From Planctomycetota bacterium (GTDB taxonomy: Bacteria > Planctomycetota > B15-G4), in the NCBI GenBank assembly GCA_038212275.1, contig JBBQUR010000008.1, forward strand, positions 32,001 to 96,000: 64,000 nucleotides of DNA. The letters run 5' to 3'. The position numbers were made by a program, and so were the translations under genes. The notes below the pieces were generated by a model. That model saw nothing but the letters and a program-made list of their open reading frames with translations. It ran no database searches and was not told where the DNA came from. This document shows, piece after piece, positions 38,817 through 49,149 of the stretch. Numbering within the stretch: the stretch's first letter is position 1; every line of letters starts with the position of its first letter.

Positions 38817-40772
38817 TCACGGGCCGGCCGTGAAGGAGGGCGCGAGCGTGACGATCAGATCGGGCGCCGACGCATCGCGGCCCGACTCATGCGCTGGCGG
38901 GGCGTTGAAGCGCCGGAGCCACGGCAGGCATCCCTCGACGGACACGGTGCAGACCATCGCACCGTCCGCGATGCGCTCGACGATGGCGAGGCCATGGGCA
39001 TCGGTGACGGCCCCCATGACCATCCCCGTGCCTTCGGTGAACCAGTTCCACGTGGCGTAAGCCCTCGTCCCGCCCGCCGTGAGATCAAGGACACGGTCGC
39101 GCGGCACGCATCAGATGAGCGAGACTTTTGCTCCGGCCACCGGAGTTCCGCTCGCCTGCTGCACACGCACACGCAGTCCGGCAAACGGCTCGACGCGCAC
39201 CTCGGTCACTTCGCCTTCCGTGGCCGAGCGCTCGAGTCCGTCCATCCTCGCGGCCAGGTAGTCGGCAAAGCGAACGACGAGGCTCACGGAGACGCCCGGC
39301 TCGATGCTCTGCCGGAAGGTCCACAGACCGTTGCCGTCCGGCTGGACAGCGAACCCGCTGGCCTCTCCGACGGTCGCGCCCCCGATGGCGCGGAGCACGG
39401 TCAGGCTGCCGGACTTCGTGATCGGCAGGCCGGTGCTCGCGTCCGTGAAACGAAACGCACACTGCACGTCCCGGCGCGCCGGGAGCACCAGCTCAATCGT
39501 CGACGGTGCCTGGAAGACCTGCGGGTCGTACTGGAGAGACATCTCGCTGATCGCGACCGGCCCCGGCGGAAACGGCCCGAGCGAGAAGTGGTTGGACAAT
39601 CCGCTTACCTGCGCCATGTGCTGGCTCGACTCCGCATGGATGGGTGATCCGCCCGGCTGAGCGACGGGCATGCCGTAAATGCTCAGGCTGCCGAGCTCGG
39701 AGTCGTCGTCGTAGCGCACCGTGCCGTCGATGAACGCGCCTTCGTCGAGCACGAGCGTCGTGCTGCGTTCCTCGATCGCATCGGGAAGCAGGACGGAGGC
39801 ATTCAGCAGCATGGGATGCGAGGTCCAGAGGCGAACATCTCCGGCCGGCATCTTGTCGAAGCGGAAGCGGCCCTCGCTGTCGGAGGTGAGTTGCACAGGC
39901 GCCTTCGACGCCACCCCGCCGCTCGTGCACCTTGCCTGCACCGTGCATCCCACGACGGCCGTGCCATCCTTCAACTCCACGCGGCCGCTCACGACGCGGG
40001 CTGGCTGCAGGACGAACGTGTCCATCGTCGTGAGGTGATCAGGCGCAAGCACCCGCGGCTCCGCCGTCACGTCGCAGAAGCCTGCCTTCGTCGCCACGAA
40101 GCGGTAGATCGCTTCCGCAGACAGGAGCGGTACGAGAAAGTGCCCATCCGCTCCGGTGAGCACGCTGACGGTATTGAAGTCGGGCTGCGAGACCATGACG
40201 CCCTCCAGCGGCCGCCCCTCTTCGTCGACGCAGCGACCGGTGACGCCGGGCAGCTTCGACACGTCGAACACGACTTCATTGAGGCCCGCATGCAGGTCCC
40301 GCTCACCACGCCAGACCGTCGCATGCATCGAGAGCAGCACGAGTTCATGCGGGCCGGGTGCGAGCGTCATGGTCACGGCGCTCTCGTCCGCAGCGAGAAC
40401 CACTCTTGCCGGAGCCGACGCCAGTCGCGCCGCGCCGCTCGACGGCTGTGCAGTCAGCTCGGGCAGCGGGCTGCGCCCCATCGGCGCCTTCGCACCGGTC
40501 TAGCGAACGCTGAGAACCGGCTTGCCAGGGTCAGGCGGCGCTTGCCGCGCCCGATCATCGGCCAGCGGAAGCGTCACTCGGGGCGACGTGATCTCCACGG
40601 CCGTGCCCGCCGGCATGGAGAGCGACTCTCCCGCACGGGCCGGCAGAACCTGCGCGACGCCCGGATCGGAACCAGCCGTCGGCGACACATCCGGGCGCAA
40701 CACCAGCCAGGCGGCGACGACTCCGACGAACAAGGCGCCGCCAAGCCATGCCGCTGCCCCTCTGCGCACCAT
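38817..40772 (-). pseudogene. Carboxypeptidase-regulatory-like (beta-sandwich) repeat protein broken by two in-frame stops
   Basis: ORFs 40500-40772, 39111-40481 and 38817-39107 share one frame, separated only by TAG (40500-40502) and TGA (39111-39113). Repeats VTGRCVDEEGRPLEG, TSDSEGRFRF and VTDAHGLA. Confidence 0.7.
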
Positions 40773-40844
40773 CCCGAACCCTCCTGGGGAATCCGCGATG
40801 AGCGTACACAACTCTTGCGGCCGCGGGCGCCGGCGCTCCTCGTC

Positions 40845-42695
40845 TCAGATCTCTCCGAGCGTCGCCTTGCGTCCCTTGTTCTGCTCCTTCAGCCAGGCCA
40901 TGAGCGGCTCGAAGTAGCGCAGCATCGGCTTGGCGCTCAGGCCCTCGCCGGTCTTCTCGCGCAGCATCACGTCCCAGTCCACGGTCATGCCCGGCGTGAG
41001 GATCGAGCTCAGGAAGTCGCCCACTTCCTTGCGGCCGTAGTAGTTGGTGTCGCGCGGGTCCTCATGCAGGATCTCGCGCGCGATGTGGTCGTGGAGCTGG
41101 AAGAGCAGCACGTAGGACAGCGCGTAGTCGTAGTATCCCGCCGGATCGTCGTTGATGTGCGTCTTGGTGGCCGCGTCGCAGAACTCCTCGCCGCGGGCGG
41201 TCGGCGGCGCGACGCCCTGGTAGCGGGCCACCAGCTCCCACCAGCGCTGGTTCCACTGCGACGGCGGCAGTTCGTCGGCGTAGAGCTCCTTCTCGAAGCT
41301 GAACATCGTGCCCGCCGACCACGGGATGAAGACGGCGTAGTTCAGCGCCTGCTTGAGCAGCACCTGCATCGGGTCGGGCTTCGTCGCGCCGGGTTGCATC
41401 GTGCCGGTTTGCATCGTGCCGGTGTCGAGGCCCACGCCGGCCACGAAGCGCGGCTGCATCGCCGCGAGCCCCATCATCGAGCCGACCGCCTCGTGGTAGG
41501 CGCGGTTGGCGCCCTCGCGCAGCAGCGGCGGCACGGCCGGGTTCGTGTAACTCATGTAGTAGTAGATGTGGCCCAGCTCGTGGTGCGTGGTCTCGTACCA
41601 CTCGGTATTGGGTTCGACGCTCATCAGGCTGCGCACGTCGCGGTCCAGGTCCATGTGCCAGGCCGACGCGTGCGTGTTCTTCTTGAAGCCCGCGTCCGGC
41701 GGCAGCGGGTAGAGCGAGGACTTGTCCCAGAAGCTCTGCGGCAGATTGGGAAATCCGAGGCTGACGTAGAAGCGCTCCGCCTGATGCACGAGCCACTCCG
41801 GGCCCTTGGTTTTCAGCGCCGGATCGAGGTCGAAGCCCGGCACGTCCACGAGGCCAGACCAGTCCTGGCCCCAGCGATTGGGCAGCCAGTCGGCGGGGAT
41901 GAGGTCCGGCACGGGCTGGCCGTAGCGCCGTGCCAGCTCGTAGCGCGCCCAGGTGTGCAGTTCGCGGAACAGCGGGCGCAGCTCGCGATTGATCTGCTCG
42001 ATCTGAGCCGCGAGTTCCTCGGTGCTCATGCCGTACTCGCTGGCCATGTAGGAGAAGAAGTCCGGGTAGCCCAGCGGGCGCACGGACTCGTTGCGCAGCT
42101 GCTGCAGGTTCACGAGACCGGGCCGCAGCACCTTGCCGACTTCCTTGCTGGCCTCCCAGATCCTGCGACGCTTGCCGAGGTCGGTCTCGGTGCGCAGGCC
42201 TTCGTCGATCTCGTTGGGCGTCAGCTCCTTGCCGTCCAACTTGAACTCGAAGCCGTAGAGCGTTTCGGTCTGCGTGGTCTCGGCCGCGATGCGCGCCTTG
42301 ACCACCTCAGGAATGGTCTGCGGATTCTCCGCGGCCAGGAAAAGCACACGGTCCAGCTCGCGCGCGTGCAGGTCGGACAGCTCCGCCCGATGCTCCAGCA
42401 TGGCGCGCGCCGTCTCGATGTTCTGCACCGAGCCGGTGAAGGCCGCCAGCGCCTCATCGGCCGCCCGCGTCCGCGTGGCGTTGGTCTCGTCGCCCTCGAC
42501 AATGTGCGTGTTGCTGAGCCACTGTGCCTCGGACGAGGCGGTGCTGAGCTTCTGGTAGGTGGCGTTGTAGGCGTCGAGGAATCGCCCGGCCTCCGCATCC
42601 AGCGCTGGGTCGACGCGCGGACCGGCGCACGACAGCATGAGAGCGAACGCGAGGGAGAGGGACGGGGCCAGGGCACGGCGGGCGATGATAGGCAT
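40845..42695 (-). CDS. M2 family metallopeptidase (peptidyl-dipeptidase A / ACE-like), lipoprotein
   Basis: HASAW, HHELGHIYY, LREGANRAYHEAVG and KTHI; lipobox MLS-C. Confidence 0.95.
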   Translation of the reverse strand: MPIIARRALAPSLSLAFALMLSCAGPRVDPALDAEAGRFLDAYNATYQKLSTASSEAQWLSNTHIVEGDETNATRTRAADEALAAFTGSVQNIETARAMLEHRAELSDLHARELDRVLFLAAENPQTIPEVVKARIAAETTQTETLYGFEFKLDGKELTPNEIDEGLRTETDLGKRRRIWEASKEVGKVLRPGLVNLQQLRNESVRPLGYPDFFSYMASEYGMSTEELAAQIEQINRELRPLFRELHTWARYELARRYGQPVPDLIPADWLPNRWGQDWSGLVDVPGFDLDPALKTKGPEWLVHQAERFYVSLGFPNLPQSFWDKSSLYPLPPDAGFKKNTHASAWHMDLDRDVRSLMSVEPNTEWYETTHHELGHIYYYMSYTNPAVPPLLREGANRAYHEAVGSMMGLAAMQPRFVAGVGLDTGTMQTGTMQPGATKPDPMQVLLKQALNYAVFIPWSAGTMFSFEKELYADELPPSQWNQRWWELVARYQGVAPPTARGEEFCDAATKTHINDDPAGYYDYALSYVLLFQLHDHIAREILHEDPRDTNYYGRKEVGDFLSSILTPGMTVDWDVMLREKTGEGLSAKPMLRYFEPLMAWLKEQNKGRKATLGEI

Positions 42696-42991
42696 GCCGC
42701 GGAGTTTCGGCGGCGGACGGAAGGCGTGTCAACCGGGGCGAGGCCGTGAGCTGCGGCGCGCTCCGCCCCCGACTTTGTCGAGGCGCCGTCCGTGCTTCTC
42801 GGCGGACGCCGCCGTCGTGAGCGCACTGCGGCCTGAACCTCCGCCAGGATGGCATCCTGCTGCAACATGGCTACAGTGCGGGAGTGCGGGCGCAGGTGTC
42901 GGCGCCAGCGCCGACAGCCCCGAGGCAAGTCATTCCCGACAATCATCGAACGCGGGCCGGCTCGCCGTCCCCGCTCCCCAGCGAGAGACCC

Positions 42992-44713
42992 ATGCGCTCA
43001 CTCAGCATTGTTTCCACTCCTGCCCTGCTGCTCCTTGCGACTGTGCCGCTGCAGGCGCAGGGCGTCGTCACGCCACAAGCCCGCTACGTCACCTTCATTG
43101 CCAGCAAGGATGCGGTGGGCGTGAATGAGCTGTATCGCACGGACCTCAAGACCGGAGAGGTCCTGAAGCTGAGCGGACCGATGACCGCCAACGGAGATGT
43201 CAGCTCGGTGCGCGCCCCGGACCCCAAGGGCCGCTACGCCGTGTATCTCGCGGACCAGGACCTCGATGCCCAGATGGAGCTGTACCGCAGCGACCTCAAG
43301 ACCGGCGCCTTCCTCAAGCTGAACGGGCCGATGGACTCCGGTGCCGACGTGGACAACACCTACGTCGTGGATCCCAAGGGCCGCTACGCCGTCTACACCG
43401 CCGACCAGGACACCAACAGCGACACCGAACTGTATCGCAGCGACCTCAAGACCGGGGAGCAGGTCAAGCTGAACGGCACGCTGACGGGCGGTGGCGACGT
43501 GCTGTCGTTCGCCGTGGATCCCAAGGGCCGCTACGTCGTGTACCTCGCCGACCAGGACGCCGATGGCATGAACGAGCTGTACCGCAGCGACCTGAAGACC
43601 GGCGAGAATCTTCTCCTGAGCCCGCTGATGGTGGCGGGAGGCGATGTGAGTTCCGCCTACGTGGTGGATCCCAAGGGGCGCTACGCCGTGTACACGGCCG
43701 ACCAGGACACGGACGGTGTCGTCGAGCTGTATCGCAGCGAGCTCAAGACCGGAGCCGTGCTGAAGCTCAGCGGCCCCATGGTTGCCGGCGGCAACGCGGA
43801 TTTCCTGGTGGGCGTGGATCCCAAGGGGCGTTACGCGATTTACATCGCCGACCAGGAGACCGACGGCGTCTTCGAGCTGTATCGCAGCGACCTGAAGACG
43901 GGAGTCAACCTGAAGCTGAGCGGCGACATTCCCGCCAGCGCCGATGTCTTCGGCACCGTCGTGCTGGATCCCAGGGGCCGCTATGTCGTGTACTCCGCCG
44001 ACCCGGACACGGACGAACTCTTCGAGCTGTTCCGGAGTGAGCTGAAGACCGGAGCCTCCCTGAAGCTCAGTGGTCCGCTGACCGCCGGGGGCGAGGTGCA
44101 AGGCTTTTATGCCGTGGATCCCAAGGGGCGCTATGCCGTGTACACCGCCGATCAGGACACGGACACCGTCGTGGAGCTGTATCGCAGCGAGCTCAAGACG
44201 GGCACTGTGCTGAAGCTGAGCGGGCCCATGACGCCCGGCGGAGACGCCGCCGCTGCCTTCGAACTGGACCCCAAGGGCATCTACGCGATCTACCTCGCAG
44301 ACCAGGACACGGCAGGCGTCGGGGAGGTCTACCGCAGCACGTTGAAAGCCGGAGCATTTCTCAAACTGAGTGGGCCCATGACCAGCGGTGGCGATGCCCT
44401 CGAGATCAACGACTCAGGCACCAGCGGCCGCCATGTGGTGTACACCGCCGATCAGGACACGAACGGCGTCGTCGAGCTGTATCGCAGCGACCTCAAGACG
44501 GGCATCGCGCTCAAGCTCAACGTGCCGCTCGCGGACTCCGCCAGCAGCGCCTTCCACTTCAGCACCGACCCGAAGAGCCGGTTTGTGACTTACCTGGCCG
44601 ACGCGGAGGAGGTCGGGTTCTTCGAGCTCTACCGGAGCGACCTCAAGTCCGCCGAGTCGCAAAAGCTCAGCGGCGACTTCGTGCCGGGCGGAACCGTCTT
44701 CTTCGACTCCTGA
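42992..44713 (+). CDS. Secreted tandem-repeat beta-propeller protein (11 near-identical ~50-aa repeats, TolB/PD40-like)
   Basis: Signal peptide; unit DPKGRYAVYTADQDTDGVVELYRSDLKTG..LKLSGPM..GGDV repeated, with 11 ELYRS-type motifs counted. Confidence 0.85.
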   Translation: MRSLSIVSTPALLLLATVPLQAQGVVTPQARYVTFIASKDAVGVNELYRTDLKTGEVLKLSGPMTANGDVSSVRAPDPKGRYAVYLADQDLDAQMELYRSDLKTGAFLKLNGPMDSGADVDNTYVVDPKGRYAVYTADQDTNSDTELYRSDLKTGEQVKLNGTLTGGGDVLSFAVDPKGRYVVYLADQDADGMNELYRSDLKTGENLLLSPLMVAGGDVSSAYVVDPKGRYAVYTADQDTDGVVELYRSELKTGAVLKLSGPMVAGGNADFLVGVDPKGRYAIYIADQETDGVFELYRSDLKTGVNLKLSGDIPASADVFGTVVLDPRGRYVVYSADPDTDELFELFRSELKTGASLKLSGPLTAGGEVQGFYAVDPKGRYAVYTADQDTDTVVELYRSELKTGTVLKLSGPMTPGGDAAAAFELDPKGIYAIYLADQDTAGVGEVYRSTLKAGAFLKLSGPMTSGGDALEINDSGTSGRHVVYTADQDTNGVVELYRSDLKTGIALKLNVPLADSASSAFHFSTDPKSRFVTYLADAEEVGFFELYRSDLKSAESQKLSGDFVPGGTVFFDS

Positions 44714-44977
44714 CGGGCACCTGCGAAGCGCGGGGAGAGCAGCAGCACGCACTCGCCGGGATTCGTGAACATCAGGCCTTCGGCGCCGAACGAGAAGCCC
44801 TGGGGCCATCTTTCCTCGGCCACCGCCGCCGCCACGCCGGCGAAGCGGTGACGCCCGGAACTCATGCCCGGATCTCAATGCTGATCGCGACGCCGCAGCG
44901 GCAAGAATCGGAGCACCCCTCGACCGTCTCCGACGACTTGCTCACGATTCAGGCCGGCACCTCCAAGGGAACACGAC

Positions 44978-46471
44978 ATGCGCACCGGTGTGATCACGGC
45001 TCTTCTTCTCTTGCTCATCACCCCGACCGGCGTCCGCGCGCAGTCCGGTCCGGATCCTTACTCCGACTCGGCGGTGCTTCCGAAGACGCGGGCGTACGAG
45101 CGAGCTCTGGAAGTCGTCGAGCTCTTCAACAAGGGTGAGGCCAGCGCCTACGAGGCGTTCGTGCGCAGCGCCTTCGCCGACGAGTTCCGCGATGCCGTCC
45201 CGATGGCCGAGCACCGGGCCGTGTTCCTGGATCTCGTGCGCGAGAACGGGCCGCTGCAGGTTCACGGCGCGCGCAGCTATGACCCGCCGCACGCGGACAC
45301 GACGGCCACGCTGATCGTCTGGTCCACGTGGCTCGAGGCCTGGCGCGCGATCGTGGTCGAGGTGGACGGCGACGGCAAGCTCACCAACCTGCGCGTCGAT
45401 CGTGCCCGCCCGCCGAGCGATCTTCCGAAGGCGGAGGCGCTGACCGACGCGCAGATCGCCGAAAGCCTCGCCGGGTTCGTCGACCGCCTCGCCGCGCGCG
45501 ACGCCTTCAGCGGCACCGTGCTCCTGGCGAAGGAGGGCAAGGTCCTGCTGACGAAGGCGGTCGGCATCGCGAATCGCGACTTCGACGTGCCCGTCACGCT
45601 CGACACGAAGTTCAACCTCGGCTCCATGAACAAGATGCTGACCGCCGTCGCGTGTATGCAGCTCGTGGAGCAGGGCAAGCTCTCGCTGGACGACCCGGTG
45701 GCCAAGTACCTCGGCGACGACTGGCTCCCCAAGGTGGACAAGAGCAAGGTCAAGCTCCGCCACCTGCTCACGCACACGAGCGGCCTCGGCAGCTACTTCA
45801 CGGAGGAGTTCGACCGCTCGTCGCGCGCTCTCTACCGCAGCGTGGACGACTGGAAGCCCATCGTCCGCGACGACACGCTGGCCTTCGAGCCCGGCACGCA
45901 GTGGGCGTACAGCAACACCGGCATGCTCATCGTCGGAGCGATCATCGAGAAGGCTTCAGGCACCGACTACGACTCCTGCATCCGCGCCCACATCACGGGC
46001 CCCGCCGGCATGACGAACACCGACTGCTACGAGTTGGACAAGGCAAATCACAAACTGGCCGTCGGCTACGACAAGGACATCGGCCCCGACGGCGCCATCA
46101 CCTGGCGCAACAACCTCTACCTGCACGTGATCCGCGGCGGCCCGGCTGGCGGCGGCTTCTCGACCGTCGAAGATCTGTTCCGCTTCGACCAGGCGCTGCG
46201 CGCGGAGAAGCTGGTCTCGCGCGCCTCGCTCGACCAGCTCTGGCGGACGTATCCCGAGCTGGCGGACGAGCGCTACGGCCTGGGCTTCTTCGTGGAGCGG
46301 GGCTCCGTCGGCGCGATCGTCGGGCACTCCGGCGGATTCAACGGAATCAGCGCCGTACTGACGATGTATCTGGATGCGGGGTACACGATCGCGGTGATGT
46401 CGAACCTGGGCGGCGGTGCGGCGACGGTTGTTGAGGGGAAGGCTCGGGAGTTGATCGCGTCGGGGAGGTGA
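44978..46471 (+). CDS. Serine hydrolase, beta-lactamase class C / peptidase S12 family
   Basis: FNLGSMNK (SxxK), LLTHTSG, YSN and GHSGG; signal peptide. Confidence 0.93.
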   Translation: MRTGVITALLLLLITPTGVRAQSGPDPYSDSAVLPKTRAYERALEVVELFNKGEASAYEAFVRSAFADEFRDAVPMAEHRAVFLDLVRENGPLQVHGARSYDPPHADTTATLIVWSTWLEAWRAIVVEVDGDGKLTNLRVDRARPPSDLPKAEALTDAQIAESLAGFVDRLAARDAFSGTVLLAKEGKVLLTKAVGIANRDFDVPVTLDTKFNLGSMNKMLTAVACMQLVEQGKLSLDDPVAKYLGDDWLPKVDKSKVKLRHLLTHTSGLGSYFTEEFDRSSRALYRSVDDWKPIVRDDTLAFEPGTQWAYSNTGMLIVGAIIEKASGTDYDSCIRAHITGPAGMTNTDCYELDKANHKLAVGYDKDIGPDGAITWRNNLYLHVIRGGPAGGGFSTVEDLFRFDQALRAEKLVSRASLDQLWRTYPELADERYGLGFFVERGSVGAIVGHSGGFNGISAVLTMYLDAGYTIAVMSNLGGGAATVVEGKARELIASGR

Positions 46472-46515
46472 GACGAGCATCTCGGGCTAAGGCAACTGAG
46501 CTGCCTTCGATTCAG

Positions 46516-49149
46516 TCAGGCGATCCGGACGACCCTCCCGCCCGGTATGTGCCGATGGCGGATCGGATCGCAGGTGAGCAGGATCACTTGGCACGTGCGG
46601 CCGACGACTGCGAGCAGGGCGCCCATCCGCTCGAGGCGGTCCGGGTCTGACCAACCGAACGCATCGTCAAGGATGACGGGCACCCCACCCTCATCGGCGG
46701 CTAGAATCGCGCAGGCAATCCGCGAGATGACGCCGATCTGTTCTTTGGCGCCGCCGGACAGGCTGTCGAACTCCACGGTGCGGCCGGCGAGCGTGCGACT
46801 CGTGATGCGCAGGTCGTCGTCGATATCGACAGCGAAGTCAGCACCGAATACGGTCCGGCCGAGCGCCTCCACTTTTGCGCGAAATGGTGCCACATAGCGT
46901 GCGCGCTCAGCATCGCGTTCGGCGGCCATCGCATCGAACAGTGCCTTCGCCGCATCGGCTTGGGCGTGCTTGCGGGCGGCCTCTCCGTTGGCCACCTCCA
47001 ACGCCGCCTCGGCTGCGCCAAGACGCTCAGACAAGCCGTCTTCACCGCGGAGTTGCAATGTCGCTCGGAGCGCGGCGAGGTTGCTCGTCAGCCCGTGACG
47101 GTCCTCACGGGCCTTGTCGGCAGCGATACGCCCGGAACGTGCGAGGCCATCGACAACATCCGGCTGAGCAGCGTCCAGCGCTTCGCGGGCCACTTGTGAC
47201 TCTCTCGCCACGGCCGCCATCTGCGTCTCGGCGTGCCCAAGTGCGCTATCGAGAGCTTCGTCCGGTGTACCCGCACGCTGAGTGTCGAGCCGGCGGCGAA
47301 TCACGGCAGCCTGCTCACGCAAGAGTCGAAGGCGAGCCTCGCCTTCGTTCGACATGGCAACCGTGGTGTCAGCGCGCAGTTTCACGGCATCGCGGTGCGC
47401 GCGGGCAGCTGTCGATGCAGCATCGGCTGCGGTGGCGTCATCCTTTGCTTTGCGACGGAGATCCTGCGCAGTCTCAAAGTCGGCGGGCAATTCAGGACTG
47501 GCGGGACGCTGCGCGCAGTATCCCGAGACGCGCGGTTGCAAATTGTCGATCTTGCGGGCAAGCCCCTCACGCGTCAGGTCGCGCAGGTCATCTTTCGCAA
47601 CACGGTCTCGGTCAGCGAGCGTGCGACGCGCCTCGCGCAGCCGCACGTTGGCCGATTCAGCCTCGTCGAGCGTCGCCACTCGCGCCGCTGCGAGCGCCGC
47701 GTCAAGCCCCCGGCGGCGGCTCTCGAAGTCCGTGCGTGGTGCGTCGGTTCCAGCGCCTGAGCGCACATCCATGCGCAGGACACCGGGTACCTCGATCCGC
47801 CACGTGCCGAGGACGCGGACGTCTCGCGTCTCGCCCCGAACGAGCGGCGTCAGGGTTCCATCAATCTCGGGCGAACACGACCGGAGCGCTTCAACACTTA
47901 CCGTCGCACTGGCTGCTTCGAGTCGTACCCGTGCCTTGACGACCTCCTCGTTCAGCGCACGCAACTTTGCAAGCGTGGGATCGTCTACGAGGATGAGTGC
48001 GACGGTCTCTTCCGCGGAGGCAGCCTCACGGTCGGCGACAGCGAGGCGCGCACGGCGTTCACTCATCTGCTGGAGCTCCAGCTCGTCGTGGCGATACTCG
48101 AAGTCGCGCTCGCGCAGTTCGACCTCACGGCGCGCGGCTTCGGCACCGGCCTCCGCAAGGGCGAGATCCTTCTCGGCCTCAGCGAGCGCGGCTCGAGCTC
48201 CCTCCATGCCGGGAGATCCGGCGGTGAGAGCGTGGCCTGCTTCCATCGTCGCAGCCTCAGCGGCAGCAAGGTCGCCAGCGAGAGCCACCCGTTCGTCGCG
48301 CGCGGCCTGTGCACGCGCATGCGCCGTCTCCGCCTGGGCGAAACGCCTTTCCGCGTCATCGCGTGCCGCTCGAAGCTTCGTCAACGCGACTGCGGCTGCA
48401 GCATGTTCGGATGCACGCCGTTCAAGTTCGATGCAAGACACTTCGAGTCGCGCGACTTCCTTTGCGAGCGTCGCCGCACGATCCACGTCCTGGTCAAGCA
48501 TGGCCAGTTCGCCCTTGAGCTGCGCCACGACGGCTGCAGCATCAGCGCGCCGTTGATCTGCCTCGCCGATTTCCTTCCTCGGGCCGCGGTCTGACCACCA
48601 CCGGTCGCGTTCACCTCGGACGGCGTCGAAAAGCGCCTCCTCGCGGCCCCCGGTCGGCGCAGCCCCACCTGCAGCGCGGTCGAGCGCTGCGGTGAGCCAC
48701 GGCTTCCCGGAGAGATCGGCCTGTTCGAGCCCCATGCCCTGGGACACGCGGAGAGCCTTCCACAGCGACACATCGAGCGTCTCTCGCAGGATCGCGTCTG
48801 CGCGCTCGTGAGCATCTCGGCCTGTGAGGCTTTCCGCACGCGGCGCTCGCACGGTCAGCGTCGTCTGCGCCTTCTTGTGGAAGCGCTTGGAGTAGGTGAA
48901 TGCGTAGGCGCCGGATTCGATATCGACCTCGACCTCGGCACCCGCGTCGGCGTGGACCGGCTTCGCAGCGCGCACGCGCGACTTTCCGGAGGAATCCAGC
49001 TCATCGAAGAGCAGGTCCAAGGCTTCGACGAGGCTCGACTTGCCGGCCTCGTTCGGCCCCTCGACAACCGTCACGCCGGATGGCGCGAACTCGACCGTGC
49101 ATTCCCCGACGCCGCGCCAGTTGCGCAACTGGATCCTTCGGATTCTCAT
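46516..49149 (-). CDS. Rad50/SbcC-like (YhaN-type) coiled-coil ABC-ATPase
   Basis: Walker A GPNEAGKS, long coiled coil, signature LSGG, Walker B VILDD and LLTC. ATGA overlap with the nuclease gene. Confidence 0.9.
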   Translation of the reverse strand: MRIRRIQLRNWRGVGECTVEFAPSGVTVVEGPNEAGKSSLVEALDLLFDELDSSGKSRVRAAKPVHADAGAEVEVDIESGAYAFTYSKRFHKKAQTTLTVRAPRAESLTGRDAHERADAILRETLDVSLWKALRVSQGMGLEQADLSGKPWLTAALDRAAGGAAPTGGREEALFDAVRGERDRWWSDRGPRKEIGEADQRRADAAAVVAQLKGELAMLDQDVDRAATLAKEVARLEVSCIELERRASEHAAAAVALTKLRAARDDAERRFAQAETAHARAQAARDERVALAGDLAAAEAATMEAGHALTAGSPGMEGARAALAEAEKDLALAEAGAEAARREVELRERDFEYRHDELELQQMSERRARLAVADREAASAEETVALILVDDPTLAKLRALNEEVVKARVRLEAASATVSVEALRSCSPEIDGTLTPLVRGETRDVRVLGTWRIEVPGVLRMDVRSGAGTDAPRTDFESRRRGLDAALAAARVATLDEAESANVRLREARRTLADRDRVAKDDLRDLTREGLARKIDNLQPRVSGYCAQRPASPELPADFETAQDLRRKAKDDATAADAASTAARAHRDAVKLRADTTVAMSNEGEARLRLLREQAAVIRRRLDTQRAGTPDEALDSALGHAETQMAAVARESQVAREALDAAQPDVVDGLARSGRIAADKAREDRHGLTSNLAALRATLQLRGEDGLSERLGAAEAALEVANGEAARKHAQADAAKALFDAMAAERDAERARYVAPFRAKVEALGRTVFGADFAVDIDDDLRITSRTLAGRTVEFDSLSGGAKEQIGVISRIACAILAADEGGVPVILDDAFGWSDPDRLERMGALLAVVGRTCQVILLTCDPIRHRHIPGGRVVRIA

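Noticed and set aside
39108..39113. Selenocysteine (TGA-TGC) or pyrrolysine recoding in the split gene
   Set aside because: The protein is a non-redox structural repeat type, it would need two different recodings, and no SECIS-like hairpin could be supported.
43100..44660. Diversity-generating retroelement TR/VR or shufflon within the 150-bp repeats
   Set aside because: The repeats are in-frame protein repeats, differences are not adenine-specific, and there is no reverse transcriptase or recombinase nearby.
44714..44865. Small minus-strand ORF (WPQGFSFGAEGLMFTNP) resembling one NHL blade
   Set aside because: Too short, overlaps a real gene end, and the similarity is too weak to call.
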